From an uncultured Actinomycetota bacterium (GTDB lineage: Bacteria > Actinomycetota > Actinomycetes > JAFAQI01): DNA of 64,000 bases. Positions 20,530 to 30,722 of this stretch are shown in pieces. The stretch covers positions 320,001 through 384,000 of the forward strand of contig CAVYQE010000011.1 of assembly GCA_963770565.1 (NCBI GenBank), in the 5' to 3' direction. Below the pieces are notes generated by a model. The model worked only from the letters and a program-made list of their open reading frames with translations. It had not been told where the DNA came from and searched no databases. The translations under genes and the position numbers were made by a program. Each line of letters begins with the position of its first letter. The first letter of the stretch is position 1.

Positions 20530-21327
20530 GTGAGCCGGCAGCCGGACGGGCCGCCCCCGCCGCCGGTCGTGCAGCGGCTGCGGATCCGCTACGCCAAACG
20601 CGACCGGCTCCGGTTCACCAGCCACCGTGACTTCGCCCGGGCCTTCGAACGAGCCGTCCGGCGCTCGGGCCTGCCGATCGGCTTCAGCGCCGGCTTCAGC
20701 CCGCACCCGAAGATCTCTTACGCCGGCGCCGCGCCGACCGGGGTCGCGTCCGAGGCCGAATACCTCGAGATCGGCTTGGCCGAGCCGCGCGACCCGGCGG
20801 ACGTCGCGGCCGCGCTCGACGCCGCGTTGCCACCCGGACTGGACATCCTCGAGGTCGTCGACTCGGCCGAGCACCCGGGCCCGTCCCTCGCCGACCGGAT
20901 CGAGGCGTCGTACTGGCGGGCGGTGCTGCCGGAGGTGCCGGCCGAGGCACTTCAGGCCGCGCTCGACCAGGTGCTCGCCCGCGAGAGCGTGCCGATCGAG
21001 CGGCCGACCAAGGAGGGCACCCGGACGGTCGACGTGCGGGCCGCGCTGGTCAGTGCCGCCGTGTCAGGCGACCCGCCGGAGGGTGCAAATCCGCAGGTGG
21101 GGGAGATGAACGCGCGATGTGCGACACTGGACGTGGTAGTTCGGCATTCTTCACCCGCCGTTCGACCCGACGACATCTTGATGGCGTTGCGCACGATCGG
21201 CGCACTGTCGACGCCCGTCACCCCCGTGGTGACGCGGCTGGCGCAAGGGCTGATCGACCAAACGTCGCCAGAGGACGCGAGGCGTCTGATTGACCCGCTG
21301 AGCGAACCCAGCGTAAGCCGGGGCTAG
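20530..21327 (+). CDS. Radical SAM-linked protein (TIGR03936/DUF2344)
   Basis: RYAKRDRLRFTSHRD, GFSPHPKISY, SEAEY. Confidence 0.9.
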   Translation: MSRQPDGPPPPPVVQRLRIRYAKRDRLRFTSHRDFARAFERAVRRSGLPIGFSAGFSPHPKISYAGAAPTGVASEAEYLEIGLAEPRDPADVAAALDAALPPGLDILEVVDSAEHPGPSLADRIEASYWRAVLPEVPAEALQAALDQVLARESVPIERPTKEGTRTVDVRAALVSAAVSGDPPEGANPQVGEMNARCATLDVVVRHSSPAVRPDDILMALRTIGALSTPVTPVVTRLAQGLIDQTSPEDARRLIDPLSEPSVSRG

Positions 21328-21476
21328 CTCAGGGAGCGACCACCCGCCGCACCCTCTGTGTCGTCGCCCAACCGGCTTCCGCCGCGCGCCGCTTGATACA
21401 AGCGACGTACGGCGACATCTCGCTCCCGAGCGGGGCGCCTTCACCGGCGCACCCGGGAGCGGACAGAGGAGAACAC

Positions 21477-24035
21477 GTGCTCGACGAAGAGCGCACATCC
21501 AGCACCACCCCCGGCGCCGAAGGCGCCGGCCCGAACACCCCCGACACCGGGGCCGCCAAGACCGCGACCCGCCGGCGGCGTTCGGCCAGCCGGCCGGCCG
21601 GCCCGCCCACTCCGTCCACGCCGGCCGCGACCAGATCGAGCGTGACCGGACCCAAGGTCGCCGACGCACCGCCGCCGGCGACTGCCGCCGGCGACGCCGC
21701 AGCGGCACCGGCGCCGGCCAAGCGGACTCGCAAGAAGGCCGCGCCCGCCAAGGCGGACGCCGCCACCGCCGACCCGGCTGACGGCGGCGCACCCGCCGAT
21801 GCCCCGCCGGCCCGGCGCACCAGGCGGTCGGCCACCGCCGCGGCGTTCGACGGCGACGGTTCGCCGGCTACCGACCGACCAGGTGCCGACGCGGCGGTCC
21901 CGGTCGTCCTGTTCCAACCGCCGCCGGCCGAGCCGGCCCCGCGACGGCGGACCCGTGCGGCGGCCTCGCCCGCAGCCGAGGCCGAGCCGGTAGTGGACGA
22001 ACGTCCCGCCTCCGGCGCGCCCGCCAATGGCGATGGCGATGACGAGGACGGCGGCGGCCCGAGCCGGTCCGGCCGTCGACGCCGTGGCCGTCGCGGCCGT
22101 GGTGGCCGCGGCACCGGTGGAGACTCCGCGGAGTCGAACGAGACCGAGGGTCAAGGCGACCAGGCGGCGGACGGCGGCGCGGCCGACTCCGCAGCGGCCG
22201 GTAACGGCGACCGATCCGACGGCGACGAGCAGGGCCCGGCCGGCACCCGCCGGCGCCGGCGCCGGCGCCGGACGGTGTCCGCTGACGGCGAGCCCGGCGA
22301 CGTGCTCGAGCCCGACGACCCGCCGAACACCGTCGTCCACGTGCGACCGCCGCGCAAGGCGGTGGCCGATGACGGCGTACGCGGGGTCAAGGGTTCGACC
22401 CGGATGGAGGCCAAGCGCCAGCGTCGCCGGGACGGTCGCGACACCAGTCGCCGCCGCCCGTCGATCATCACCGAGGCCGAGTTCCTGGCCCGCCGCGAGG
22501 CGGTCGACCGCGTCATGGTCGTGCGCCAGGGTGACGAGCGCACCCAGATCGCCGTGCTCGAAGACGGCATCCTGGTCGAGCACTACGTCACCCGCAAGGA
22601 CTCCGCGTCGATGGTGGGCAACGTCTACCTCGGCAAGGTCCAGAACGTGCTGCCGAGCATGGAGGCGGCGTTCGTCGACATCGGTCGCGGCCGGAACGCG
22701 GTGCTGTACGCCGGCGAGGTCAACTACGACGCGAGCGCGCTCGAAGGCCGCCCGCCGCGGATCGAGCAGGCGCTCAAGAGCGGCCAGTCGGTGCTGGTGC
22801 AGGTCACCAAGGACCCGATCGGTCACAAGGGCGGCCGGCTCACCAGCCAGGTCAGCCTGCCCGGTCGCTACATGGTCTACGTGCCGGACGGCCGGTTGTC
22901 CGGGATCAGCCGCAAGCTGCCCGACACCGAGCGCTCCCGGCTGAAGGCGATCCTGAAGCGGCTGACCCCGGAGGACGCCGGCGTCATCATCCGGACCGCG
23001 GCCGAAGGCGCGACCGAGGAAGCGCTCGAGCGCGACCTCAACCGGCTCAAGGCGCAGTGGGAGGTCATCGAGACCAAGTCGAAGACCGCCAACGCGCCGA
23101 GCCTGATCTACAGCGAGCCCGATCTGGTCATCCGCGTGGTCCGCGACATCTTCAACGAGGACTTCGCCTCGCTCGTCGTCCAAGGCGCCGACGAGTGGGA
23201 CACGATCGACAACTACGTGCGCTGGGTCGCACCCGATCTCGCCGACCGGACCAAGCGCTGGGACGAGCCGGGCGACGCCTTCGAGGCGTACCGGATCGAC
23301 GAGCAGCTGGCGAAGGCACTCGACCGCAAGGTCTGGCTGCCCAGCGGTGGCTACCTCGTCATCGACCGCACCGAGGCGATGATCGTCGTTGACGTCAACA
23401 CCGGGAAGTTCACCGGCAAGGGCGGCAACCTCGAGGAGACCGTCACCAAGAACAACCTGGAAGCGGCCGAGGAGATCGTCCGTCAGCTCCGGTTGCGTGA
23501 CCTCGGCGGGATCATCGTCATCGACTTCATCGACATGGTCCTGGAGAGCAACCGCGACCTGGTCCTGCGACGGCTGCTCGAATGCCTCGGTCGCGACCGC
23601 ACCCGTCACCAGGTGGCAGAGGTCACCTCGCTCGGGCTGGTCCAGATGACCCGCAAGCGGGTCGGCGAAGGCCTGCTCGAGTCCTTCAGCGAGACCTGCA
23701 AGGAGTGCGGCGGCAGCGGCGTCATCCTCACGATCGACCCGGTGGCCGCCCGCCGGCCGGCGAAAGCGACGCCGCGCGCGGTCGCCAAACCGGCCAAACG
23801 GGCCGCTTCGGGACGCTCCGACCGGGCCGCGTCGACCGGGTCCGACCAGGCCACCGACGGCCCGATCGGGCTAGACAAAACTGACGGGGCCGCGGCCAAG
23901 CCGGCCCGCAAGCGCCGTACGACGGCGGCAGCCGAGGCCGCGACCGAGGGTCCGGCACCGGCTGCAGCGGAGCCCGCCGCCGAGCCGGCCGAGCCGGTCG
24001 TGGAGCCGGTGGAGGCGGTCGCGGCGACGTCCTGA
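21477..24035 (+). CDS. rne: Ribonuclease E/G
   Basis: Disordered Arg-rich N-terminus; GNVYLGKVQNVLPSMEAAFVD, VDVNTG, RQLRLRDLGGIIVIDFIDM, CxxC. Confidence 0.95.
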   Translation: MLDEERTSSTTPGAEGAGPNTPDTGAAKTATRRRRSASRPAGPPTPSTPAATRSSVTGPKVADAPPPATAAGDAAAAPAPAKRTRKKAAPAKADAATADPADGGAPADAPPARRTRRSATAAAFDGDGSPATDRPGADAAVPVVLFQPPPAEPAPRRRTRAAASPAAEAEPVVDERPASGAPANGDGDDEDGGGPSRSGRRRRGRRGRGGRGTGGDSAESNETEGQGDQAADGGAADSAAAGNGDRSDGDEQGPAGTRRRRRRRRTVSADGEPGDVLEPDDPPNTVVHVRPPRKAVADDGVRGVKGSTRMEAKRQRRRDGRDTSRRRPSIITEAEFLARREAVDRVMVVRQGDERTQIAVLEDGILVEHYVTRKDSASMVGNVYLGKVQNVLPSMEAAFVDIGRGRNAVLYAGEVNYDASALEGRPPRIEQALKSGQSVLVQVTKDPIGHKGGRLTSQVSLPGRYMVYVPDGRLSGISRKLPDTERSRLKAILKRLTPEDAGVIIRTAAEGATEEALERDLNRLKAQWEVIETKSKTANAPSLIYSEPDLVIRVVRDIFNEDFASLVVQGADEWDTIDNYVRWVAPDLADRTKRWDEPGDAFEAYRIDEQLAKALDRKVWLPSGGYLVIDRTEAMIVVDVNTGKFTGKGGNLEETVTKNNLEAAEEIVRQLRLRDLGGIIVIDFIDMVLESNRDLVLRRLLECLGRDRTRHQVAEVTSLGLVQMTRKRVGEGLLESFSETCKECGGSGVILTIDPVAARRPAKATPRAVAKPAKRAASGRSDRAASTGSDQATDGPIGLDKTDGAAAKPARKRRTTAAAEAATEGPAPAAAEPAAEPAEPVVEPVEAVAATS

Positions 24036-24050
24036 GCGGACGTCCGCGCG

Positions 24051-24356
24051 CTAGCCGGGTTCGGCCGGCAGGTCCGGGGTGACCGGTTCCGCCGGCACCG
24101 AGCTGGTCGCGCTCGAGCGCACGAACCCACCAGCGTGGCCAACGTGCTCGGTGAGGGACTCGCGCGAGGTGGTCAGGGCCGCGTCGATGGCACCCATGGC
24201 CTGCTCGGTGTCGCCGGCGACGAGGGCGTATTTCGCGATCGCGAGCTGCTGAACGAGGTCGTCGTCGCGTTCGAGGGCAACGGCCGAATCGATGTCCGGT
24301 TTGGATTCGCCGCGCCCCGCGACGTCGCGGTCCGGTTCACTCGAACGGTCTGGCAC
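24051..24356 (-). CDS. Small hypothetical protein resembling a stand-alone HisKA_3-like helix pair
   Basis: GTG with an AGGAGGGG RBS; ALERDDDLVQQLAIAKYALVAGD. Confidence 0.5.
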   Translation of the reverse strand: MPDRSSEPDRDVAGRGESKPDIDSAVALERDDDLVQQLAIAKYALVAGDTEQAMGAIDAALTTSRESLTEHVGHAGGFVRSSATSSVPAEPVTPDLPAEPG

Positions 24357-24477
24357 GGATCCCCTCCTGATTCGCCTGCGATGATTGTCGTGCCCGCTGT
24401 ACGGCCCGCTAAAGCAAGACTCGCCAAGATGATCACTAAGGGCCATCCGGCAGTGACTGAGCATGGTCAGGCCCGGT

Positions 24478-24507
24478 TTGACCGGCCAGGTAGGCACTCC
24501 GTACTCT
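24478..24507 (+). promoter_or_regulatory. Housekeeping-sigma promoter of rplU-rpmA-obgE
   Basis: TTGACC-N18-TACTCT. Confidence 0.6.
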
Positions 24508-24613
24508 GAACGGTCGGACGCGCTCCGTGCGCAGGCTCGGGGAATCCCGGGGCCCACCGATCAGTCATCGAGCCGAGCGCCGTCGTAGCGCCGGAGAAGC
24601 AGGGAGTTCGACC

Positions 24614-24931
24614 GTGTACGCGATCGTCCGCAGTGGCGGCCACCAGCACAAGGTTGCGGTCGGCGACACCCTGACTGTCGACCGGCTGACGAACGCGCCC
24701 GGCGAGTCCATCACGCTGCCGGCGGTCCTCCTGGTCGACGACGCCGGCGCGGTCACCACCGACGGCGCGGCCCTGTCGAAGACGACCGTGACCGCAGAGG
24801 TCGTCGAGGAGACCAAGGGCCCGAAGATCCAGATCCACCTGTTCAAGAACAAGACCGGGTATCACCGGCGTCAGGGCCACCGCGCCAAGCTCACGACGCT
24901 CCGCGTGACCGGCATCGAGACCGGAAAGTAG
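24614..24931 (+). CDS. rplU: 50S ribosomal protein L21
   Basis: [13 protein letters not shown]...[13 protein letters not shown]. Confidence 0.97.
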   Translation: MYAIVRSGGHQHKVAVGDTLTVDRLTNAPGESITLPAVLLVDDAGAVTTDGAALSKTTVTAEVVEETKGPKIQIHLFKNKTGYHRRQGHRAKLTTLRVTGIETGK

Positions 24932-24937
24932 ACCGCG

Positions 24938-25222
24938 ATGGCTCACAAGAAGGGTGCGTCCTCCAGCCGGAACGGGCGCGACTCCAACTCCCAGCGCCTC
25001 GGCGTGAAGCGCTTCGGCGGCCAGCAGGTCAACGCCGGTGAGATCTTGGTCCGCCAGCGCGGCACGCACTTCCACCCTGGTGACAACGTCGGTCGCGGTG
25101 GCGACGACACTTTGTTCGCGTTGGTGGCCGGCGCCGTCCAGTTCGGTCGTCGGCGTGGCCGTCGGGTGGTCAACATCACGACCGCCGACTCTGCTGCGGC
25201 GACGGCCGACAGCAGCGTCTGA
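24938..25222 (+). CDS. rpmA: 50S ribosomal protein L27
   Basis: [16 protein letters not shown]. Confidence 0.98.
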   Translation: MAHKKGASSSRNGRDSNSQRLGVKRFGGQQVNAGEILVRQRGTHFHPGDNVGRGGDDTLFALVAGAVQFGRRRGRRVVNITTADSAAATADSSV

Positions 25223-25233
25223 CCGGTCGCGGC

Positions 25234-26760
25234 ATGGCCGCGACCTTCGTGGATCGTGCCCTTCTCCACGCCTCGGCTGGTGACGGCGGGAACGGCTGCG
25301 CCTCGGTGCACCGGGAGAAGTTCAAGCCGCTAGGTGGACCCGATGGTGGCGACGGCGGTCGCGGCGGGGACGTCGTACTGCTGGTCGACCCGAGTGTGAC
25401 CACGTTGCTCGACCTGCATCGCCACCCGCATCGCCGCGCCGCGAGCGGCAAGGCCGGACAGGGATCGAACCGCTCCGGCGCAGAGGGCGGCGACCTCGTG
25501 ATCGGCGTCCCCGACGGCACGGTCGTGCGGGACGCCGAAACCGGTGAGCTGCTCGCCGATCTCGTCGGTGCCGGCACCCGGTTCGTGGCCGCGAAGGGTG
25601 GGCGGGGCGGGCTCGGCAACGCCGCACTTGCCTCGTCGCGGCGCAAGGCGCCGGGCTTCGCGCTCCTCGGCGAGCCGGGGGACTCGCTCGAAGCCGTGCT
25701 CGAGCTCAAGAGCGTCGCCGACGTGGCGCTGGTCGGCTACCCCAACGCCGGCAAGTCGTCGTTGATCACGGCGCTGTCGGCCGCCCGGCCCAAGATCGCC
25801 GACTATCCGTTCACGACCCTGGTCCCCAACCTCGGCGTCGTCGAGGCCGGGGACACGGTCTTCACCGTCGCCGACGTGCCCGGCCTGATTCCGGGCGCGA
25901 GCAGCGGCAAGGGTCTCGGCCTGGAGTTCCTGCGGCACATCGAGCGCTGCGCGGTGATCGTGCACGTCGTCGACTGCGCGATCGCCGACTCGGAGCGCAA
26001 CCCGGTGGCCGACCTCGCACAGATCGAGGCCGAGCTCGCGGCGTACGACGAGGTCGTCGACGGCGGGTTGCTCGGCCGGCCGCGGATCGTCGCGCTGAAC
26101 AAGATCGACGTCCCAGATGCGAAGGATCTGGCCGACATGGTCCGCGCGGACATCGCGGCCAGTTGCGACTATCCGGTCTTCGAGGTCTCGGCGGCGACCC
26201 GCGTCGGGCTGCGCGAGCTCGGCTTCGCGATGGCGGCGGCCGTGGCGGAGTCGCGGGCTGCGACGGCGAGCGTCGAGCCGGCCCGGATCGTGCTTCGGCC
26301 GGCGGGGGCGCGGGATGCGGGTTTCAGCGTCGAGGTGGTTGGCGAGCAGGAGTTCGTGGTGTCCGGGGATCGGCCGCGGCGCTGGGTGCTGCAAACCGAC
26401 TTCACCAACGACGAAGCGGTCGGCTACCTCGCCGACCGGCTGGCCCGGCTCGGGGTCGAGGACCAGCTCGCCAAGCTCGGCGCGCAGCAAGGTGCGGCGG
26501 TGACGATCGGCGAGGTGACCTTCGACTGGGAGCCGGCCCTGCGTGACGGGGTCGGTGCACCACACGGCCTGCGTGGCACGGACGAGCGGCTCGAGGACCA
26601 CAGCCGGCCGCGCGCCGAAGATCGCAAGGCGGCCCGCAAGGCCCGGCGGTCGGCGTACGACGAAGAGGTCGAGCGGCTCGCGCGGGAGGCCGCACCCGAG
26701 GTCGCCGATCCGGCCGAGGTCACGGACGGAGTCCCTGCCGCGGACGGGGTCGACGAGTGA
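25234..26760 (+). CDS. obgE: GTPase ObgE
   Basis: Gly-rich Obg fold, [22 protein letters not shown]-terminal OCT domain. Confidence 0.97.
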   Translation: MAATFVDRALLHASAGDGGNGCASVHREKFKPLGGPDGGDGGRGGDVVLLVDPSVTTLLDLHRHPHRRAASGKAGQGSNRSGAEGGDLVIGVPDGTVVRDAETGELLADLVGAGTRFVAAKGGRGGLGNAALASSRRKAPGFALLGEPGDSLEAVLELKSVADVALVGYPNAGKSSLITALSAARPKIADYPFTTLVPNLGVVEAGDTVFTVADVPGLIPGASSGKGLGLEFLRHIERCAVIVHVVDCAIADSERNPVADLAQIEAELAAYDEVVDGGLLGRPRIVALNKIDVPDAKDLADMVRADIAASCDYPVFEVSAATRVGLRELGFAMAAAVAESRAATASVEPARIVLRPAGARDAGFSVEVVGEQEFVVSGDRPRRWVLQTDFTNDEAVGYLADRLARLGVEDQLAKLGAQQGAAVTIGEVTFDWEPALRDGVGAPHGLRGTDERLEDHSRPRAEDRKAARKARRSAYDEEVERLAREAAPEVADPAEVTDGVPAADGVDE

Positions 26761-27875
26761 GCCGGGAGGTCATCGCGTCCGCGCGCCGGATCGTCGTCAA
26801 GGTCGGGTCGTCGTCGCTGGCCCACGAGCGCGGCGGCATCGACGCACCCCGGCTCGACGCCATCGTCGACGCGATCGCGACCAGAGTGGCCGGCGGCGCG
26901 CAGGTCGTGCTGGTGTCATCCGGCGCGATCGCGGCCGGGCTCGGCCCGCTCGGTCTATCGGCCCGGCCGCGCGACCTGGCCACGCAACAGGCGGCGGCCA
27001 GCATCGGGCAGGGGATGCTCGTCGCTGCCTATAGCGCCGCGTTTGCCCGGCACGACCTGACCGTCGGCCAGGTGCTGCTGACCGCGGACGACGTCGTTCG
27101 TCGCTCGCACTACCGCAACGCGGCCCGGACCTTCGAGCGTCTGCTCGGCCTCGGCATCGTGCCGGTGGTCAACGAGAACGACACGGTCGCGACCGAGGAG
27201 ATCCGGTTCGGCGACAACGACCGGCTGGCCGCCCTCGTTACGCACATCGTCAACGCCGATGCGTTGGTGTTGCTCTCCGATGTGGACGGCGTCTACGACA
27301 CCGACCCGGCACACGGGCCGGCCAGCCGGGTCAGCGACGTACGCGACGACGCGGACCTTTCCCATGTGCGCCTTGGCACGGTCGGCAAGCGCGGAGTCGG
27401 CAGCGGCGGCATGGCGACCAAGGTCGCGGCGGCGCGGATCGCAGCTGGGGCCGGGGTGCCGACCCTGCTCGCCCACGCCGACCAGGTGACACCCGCCCTA
27501 GGCGGTGCGGACGTCGGCACCTGCTTCCACCCGACCGGGCGCCGGGCGCCGGCCCGCCTGCTGTGGCTGGCGCACGCGACGACGGCTCGCGGCGGTGTAC
27601 GGCTCGATCCGGGCGCGGTCGCGGCGGTCGTCGAGCGGCGTACCTCGTTGTTGCCGGCCGGGATCGTGGCGGTCGAGGGCGACTTCGCCGCCGGCGACCC
27701 GATCGATCTGCTTGACGAAGCCGGCGTCGCGGTCGCCCGCGGGCTGGTGGCGTACGACGCGGCGGAGCTGCCCGCGTTGCTCGGCCGGTCGACCCGCGAG
27801 CTCGGCGAGACGCTGGGCTCCGCGTACTCGCGGGAAGTCGTGCATCGCGACGACCTGGTCATCCTCGACCGCTAG
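26757..27875 (+). CDS. proB: Glutamate 5-kinase
   Basis: [38 protein letters not shown] domain. Confidence 0.97.
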   Translation: MSREVIASARRIVVKVGSSSLAHERGGIDAPRLDAIVDAIATRVAGGAQVVLVSSGAIAAGLGPLGLSARPRDLATQQAAASIGQGMLVAAYSAAFARHDLTVGQVLLTADDVVRRSHYRNAARTFERLLGLGIVPVVNENDTVATEEIRFGDNDRLAALVTHIVNADALVLLSDVDGVYDTDPAHGPASRVSDVRDDADLSHVRLGTVGKRGVGSGGMATKVAAARIAAGAGVPTLLAHADQVTPALGGADVGTCFHPTGRRAPARLLWLAHATTARGGVRLDPGAVAAVVERRTSLLPAGIVAVEGDFAAGDPIDLLDEAGVAVARGLVAYDAAELPALLGRSTRELGETLGSAYSREVVHRDDLVILDR

Positions 27876-27880
27876 CCATC

Positions 27881-27934
27881 CACACGGATGGCCCATTGGT
27901 GGGCCTATAGCACCACCAATGGGCCATGCGTGTG
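27881..27934. repeat. 31-bp palindromic repeat locus E (1 inverted + 1 forward unit; 54-bp imperfect palindrome)
   Basis: CACACGGATGGCCCATTGGTGGGCCTA|TAGCACCACCAATGGGCCATGCGTGTG. Confidence 0.92.
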
Positions 27935-27970
27935 CGGGTTCGTCGTCGCCTGGCACTAACGTGCGGCGCT

Positions 27971-28456
27971 ATGGACGTTGTTGATCGCCCGAGCATCGTC
28001 GAGGGCTACGGCATCGCCGATGACGGCGAGGGGATGCTGCCGTTCAGCTGGGTCGAGGACCAGCTGGTCGCGGCGCACAACTACTGGGTCTGCTCGACCC
28101 GGGCCGACGGGCGGCCGCACGCGATGCCGGTGTGGGGGTTGTGGGTCGACGGCGCGGTGTGGTTCTCGACCGATCCGGCATCGCTGAAGGCCCGCAATCT
28201 CGCCACGCGGCCCGAGGTCGTCGTGCACCTCGAGAGTGGCGACGACGTGGTCGTCATCGAGGGCATCGTGTCGCGGGTGGGCGAGGCCGAGCTGCCGGAG
28301 CGGTTCGTCGACCTGTACGAGGAGAAGTACTCCCACCGGATCGACACCTCGGACCCTGCGTTCGGCTTCTACCGGGTGCCGCCCGACCGGGTCCTGGCGT
28401 GGCAGGAGCGCGACTTCCCGCGCTCGGCCACTCGGTTCTCCCGGAGTGCGCCGTAG
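27971..28456 (+). CDS. Pyridoxamine 5'-phosphate oxidase family (split-barrel flavin/F420-binding) protein
   Basis: [19 protein letters not shown]...KARNLATRP. Confidence 0.85.
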   Translation: MDVVDRPSIVEGYGIADDGEGMLPFSWVEDQLVAAHNYWVCSTRADGRPHAMPVWGLWVDGAVWFSTDPASLKARNLATRPEVVVHLESGDDVVVIEGIVSRVGEAELPERFVDLYEEKYSHRIDTSDPAFGFYRVPPDRVLAWQERDFPRSATRFSRSAP

Positions 28457-28466
28457 GATTTTCGGT

Positions 28467-29711
28467 GTGACCATCGCCGATGATGTGCTGGCCTGCGCGC
28501 AGCGTGCGCGGGTCGCCGCGGCCGCGCTGGCTCCGGTTCCCCGGTCGGTGAAGGACCGCGCGCTGCTCGCGATGGCCGATGCACTCGTCGCGAACTGCGA
28601 CGAGGTGCTCGCCGCCAATGCCGCCGACGTCGCCCGCGACGCCGACAACCCGCTGATCGACCGGCTCCGGCTCGACGAGAGCCGGGTCGCCGCGATGGCC
28701 GACGGGCTGCGGCAGGTGGCGCAGCTGCCGGACCCGGTCGGTGACGTCGTCCGCGGCTCGACCCTGGCAAACGGGTTGCAGCTGCGGCAGGTGCGAGTGC
28801 CGATGGGTGTGGTCGGGATCATCTACGAGGCCAGGCCGAACGTCACCGCCGATGCGGCCGGGCTCTGCCTGAAGAGCGGCAACGCGGTGCTGCTGCGCGG
28901 GTCGTCGAGCGCGCGGGAGAGCAACGCCGCACTGGTCCGCGTTCTCTCCGCTGCGGCGACCGAGGCGGGGTTGCCGGCCGACTGCGTGCAGATGGTGCCC
29001 GGCGACGACCACGAGTCGGCCAAGTACCTGATGCGGGCGCGCGGGCTGGTCGACGTGCTGATCCCGCGCGGCGGTGCCGGCCTGATCCGCAGCGTCGTCG
29101 AGGAGTCGACGGTGCCGGTCATCGAGACCGGTGTCGGCAACTGTCATGTGTACGTCGATGCCGACGCTGACCTCGACATGGCGATCTCGATCATCATGAA
29201 CGCCAAGACCCAGCGGCCGAGTGTCTGCAACGCGGCCGAGACGATGCTGGTGCACGCCGATGTGGCTGAAGCGTTCCTGCCTCGTGCGCTCGAGGCGTTG
29301 CAGGCGGCCGGCGTGACGATCCACGGCGACGAGGCGGTGGCGGCGTACTCGGATTCTGTTGTGCCCGCGACTGACGAGGACTGGGCGGCGGAATACCTGT
29401 CGCTCGACCTTGCCGTCGGCGTCGTACCGAGCCTCACCGAAGCGGTCGCGCACATCAGGCGGTGGGGGAGCGGTCACACCGAGGCGATCGTGACCGGCTC
29501 GCTCGAGGCCTCGCAGGCGTTCGTCTCGGGCCTGGACTCGGCGGCCGTGATGATCAACGCGTCGACCCGGTTCACCGATGGCGAGCAGTTCGGCTTCGGC
29601 GCCGAGATCGGGATCTCGAACCAGAAGCTGCACGCGCGCGGCCCGATGGGCCTGCCCGAGCTGACCACGACGACCTGGATCGTCACTGGCACCGGCCAGA
29701 TCCGCCCTTAG
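28467..29711 (+). CDS. proA: Gamma-glutamyl phosphate reductase
   Basis: [54 protein letters not shown]. Confidence 0.97.
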   Translation: MTIADDVLACAQRARVAAAALAPVPRSVKDRALLAMADALVANCDEVLAANAADVARDADNPLIDRLRLDESRVAAMADGLRQVAQLPDPVGDVVRGSTLANGLQLRQVRVPMGVVGIIYEARPNVTADAAGLCLKSGNAVLLRGSSSARESNAALVRVLSAAATEAGLPADCVQMVPGDDHESAKYLMRARGLVDVLIPRGGAGLIRSVVEESTVPVIETGVGNCHVYVDADADLDMAISIIMNAKTQRPSVCNAAETMLVHADVAEAFLPRALEALQAAGVTIHGDEAVAAYSDSVVPATDEDWAAEYLSLDLAVGVVPSLTEAVAHIRRWGSGHTEAIVTGSLEASQAFVSGLDSAAVMINASTRFTDGEQFGFGAEIGISNQKLHARGPMGLPELTTTTWIVTGTGQIRP

Positions 29712-29723
29712 CGGACCCTGCGG

Positions 29724-29816
29724 GGCTCCAAGCAATGTCACATTGCCCGCCACTTCGTGGGGGCAATGTGACTCCACCCCCGCAAAGCCCTAGGCAATGT
29801 GACATTGCTTGGGGCC
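29724..29816. repeat. 93-bp MITE/REPIN-like element with 24-bp terminal inverted repeats
   Basis: GGCTCCAAGCAATGTCACATTGCC ... GGCAATGTGACATTGCTTGGGGCC (1 mismatch), plus an internal GGCAATGTGAC. Confidence 0.8.
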
Positions 29817-29861
29817 GGTAGAATCGCGTTCTAGTGAGCTGAGCCGGGCTGGGGAGTCTGC

Positions 29862-30722
29862 ATGACGCTGTTCGCATCGCCTGATGACGTTCGCGAGCGT
29901 CTTGCCGCCACCGGTTACCTGGCCGACGACGCGATCGCGACCACCGTCTTTCTCGCGGACGCGCTCGGCAAGCCGCTGCTGGTCGAAGGCCCGGCCGGCA
30001 CCGGGAAGACCGAGCTGGCCAAGGCGGTCGCCACGGCAGCGAGCGCCGGTCTGGTCCGGCTCCAGTGTTATGAGGGGCTCGACGAGGCCCGTGCGCTCTA
30101 CGAGTGGAACTACCGCAAGCAGCTGCTGCGGATCCAGGCGGCCGGCGACCAGGCGTGGGAGGAGACCCACGACGACATCTTCTCCGAGGAGTTCCTGCTC
30201 GCCCGCCCGCTGCTCACCGCGATCCGCCGTGACGAGCCGACCGTGTTGCTCATCGACGAGACCGACAAGGCCGACGTCGAGGTCGAGGGCCTGCTGCTCG
30301 AGGTCCTGAGCGACTTCCAGGTCACGATCCCCGAGCTCGGGACGATCGAAGCGGTACGACGGCCCTTCGTCGTCCTCACCTCGAACGCGACCCGCGAGCT
30401 CTCCGAGGCGCTCAAGCGCCGCTGCCTGTTCCTGCACGTCGACTACCCGGACGCCGAGCGCGAGAAGGCGATCGTGCTGAGCCGGGTGCCCGAAGTGGTT
30501 GCCGATCTCGCCGAGCAACTGGTCCGCACCATCCGCACGTTGCGCGCGCTCGAGCTGAAGAAGGCGCCGAGCATCGCCGAGAGCATCGACTGGGCCAAGA
30601 CACTGACCGTGCTGGGCATCGAGACCCTGGACGAGGAGGCGGTCGCCCGCACCCTGGGCGTCGTCCTCAAGCACTCGTCGGACCAGGCCCGGGCGATCAA
30701 GGAGCTCGGGCTCAACCCGTGA
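29862..30722 (+). CDS. MoxR-family AAA+ ATPase (CoxD-like)
   Basis: GPAGTGKT, RLQCYEGLD, LLIDETDKAD, SEALKRRC. Confidence 0.9.
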   Translation: MTLFASPDDVRERLAATGYLADDAIATTVFLADALGKPLLVEGPAGTGKTELAKAVATAASAGLVRLQCYEGLDEARALYEWNYRKQLLRIQAAGDQAWEETHDDIFSEEFLLARPLLTAIRRDEPTVLLIDETDKADVEVEGLLLEVLSDFQVTIPELGTIEAVRRPFVVLTSNATRELSEALKRRCLFLHVDYPDAEREKAIVLSRVPEVVADLAEQLVRTIRTLRALELKKAPSIAESIDWAKTLTVLGIETLDEEAVARTLGVVLKHSSDQARAIKELGLNP

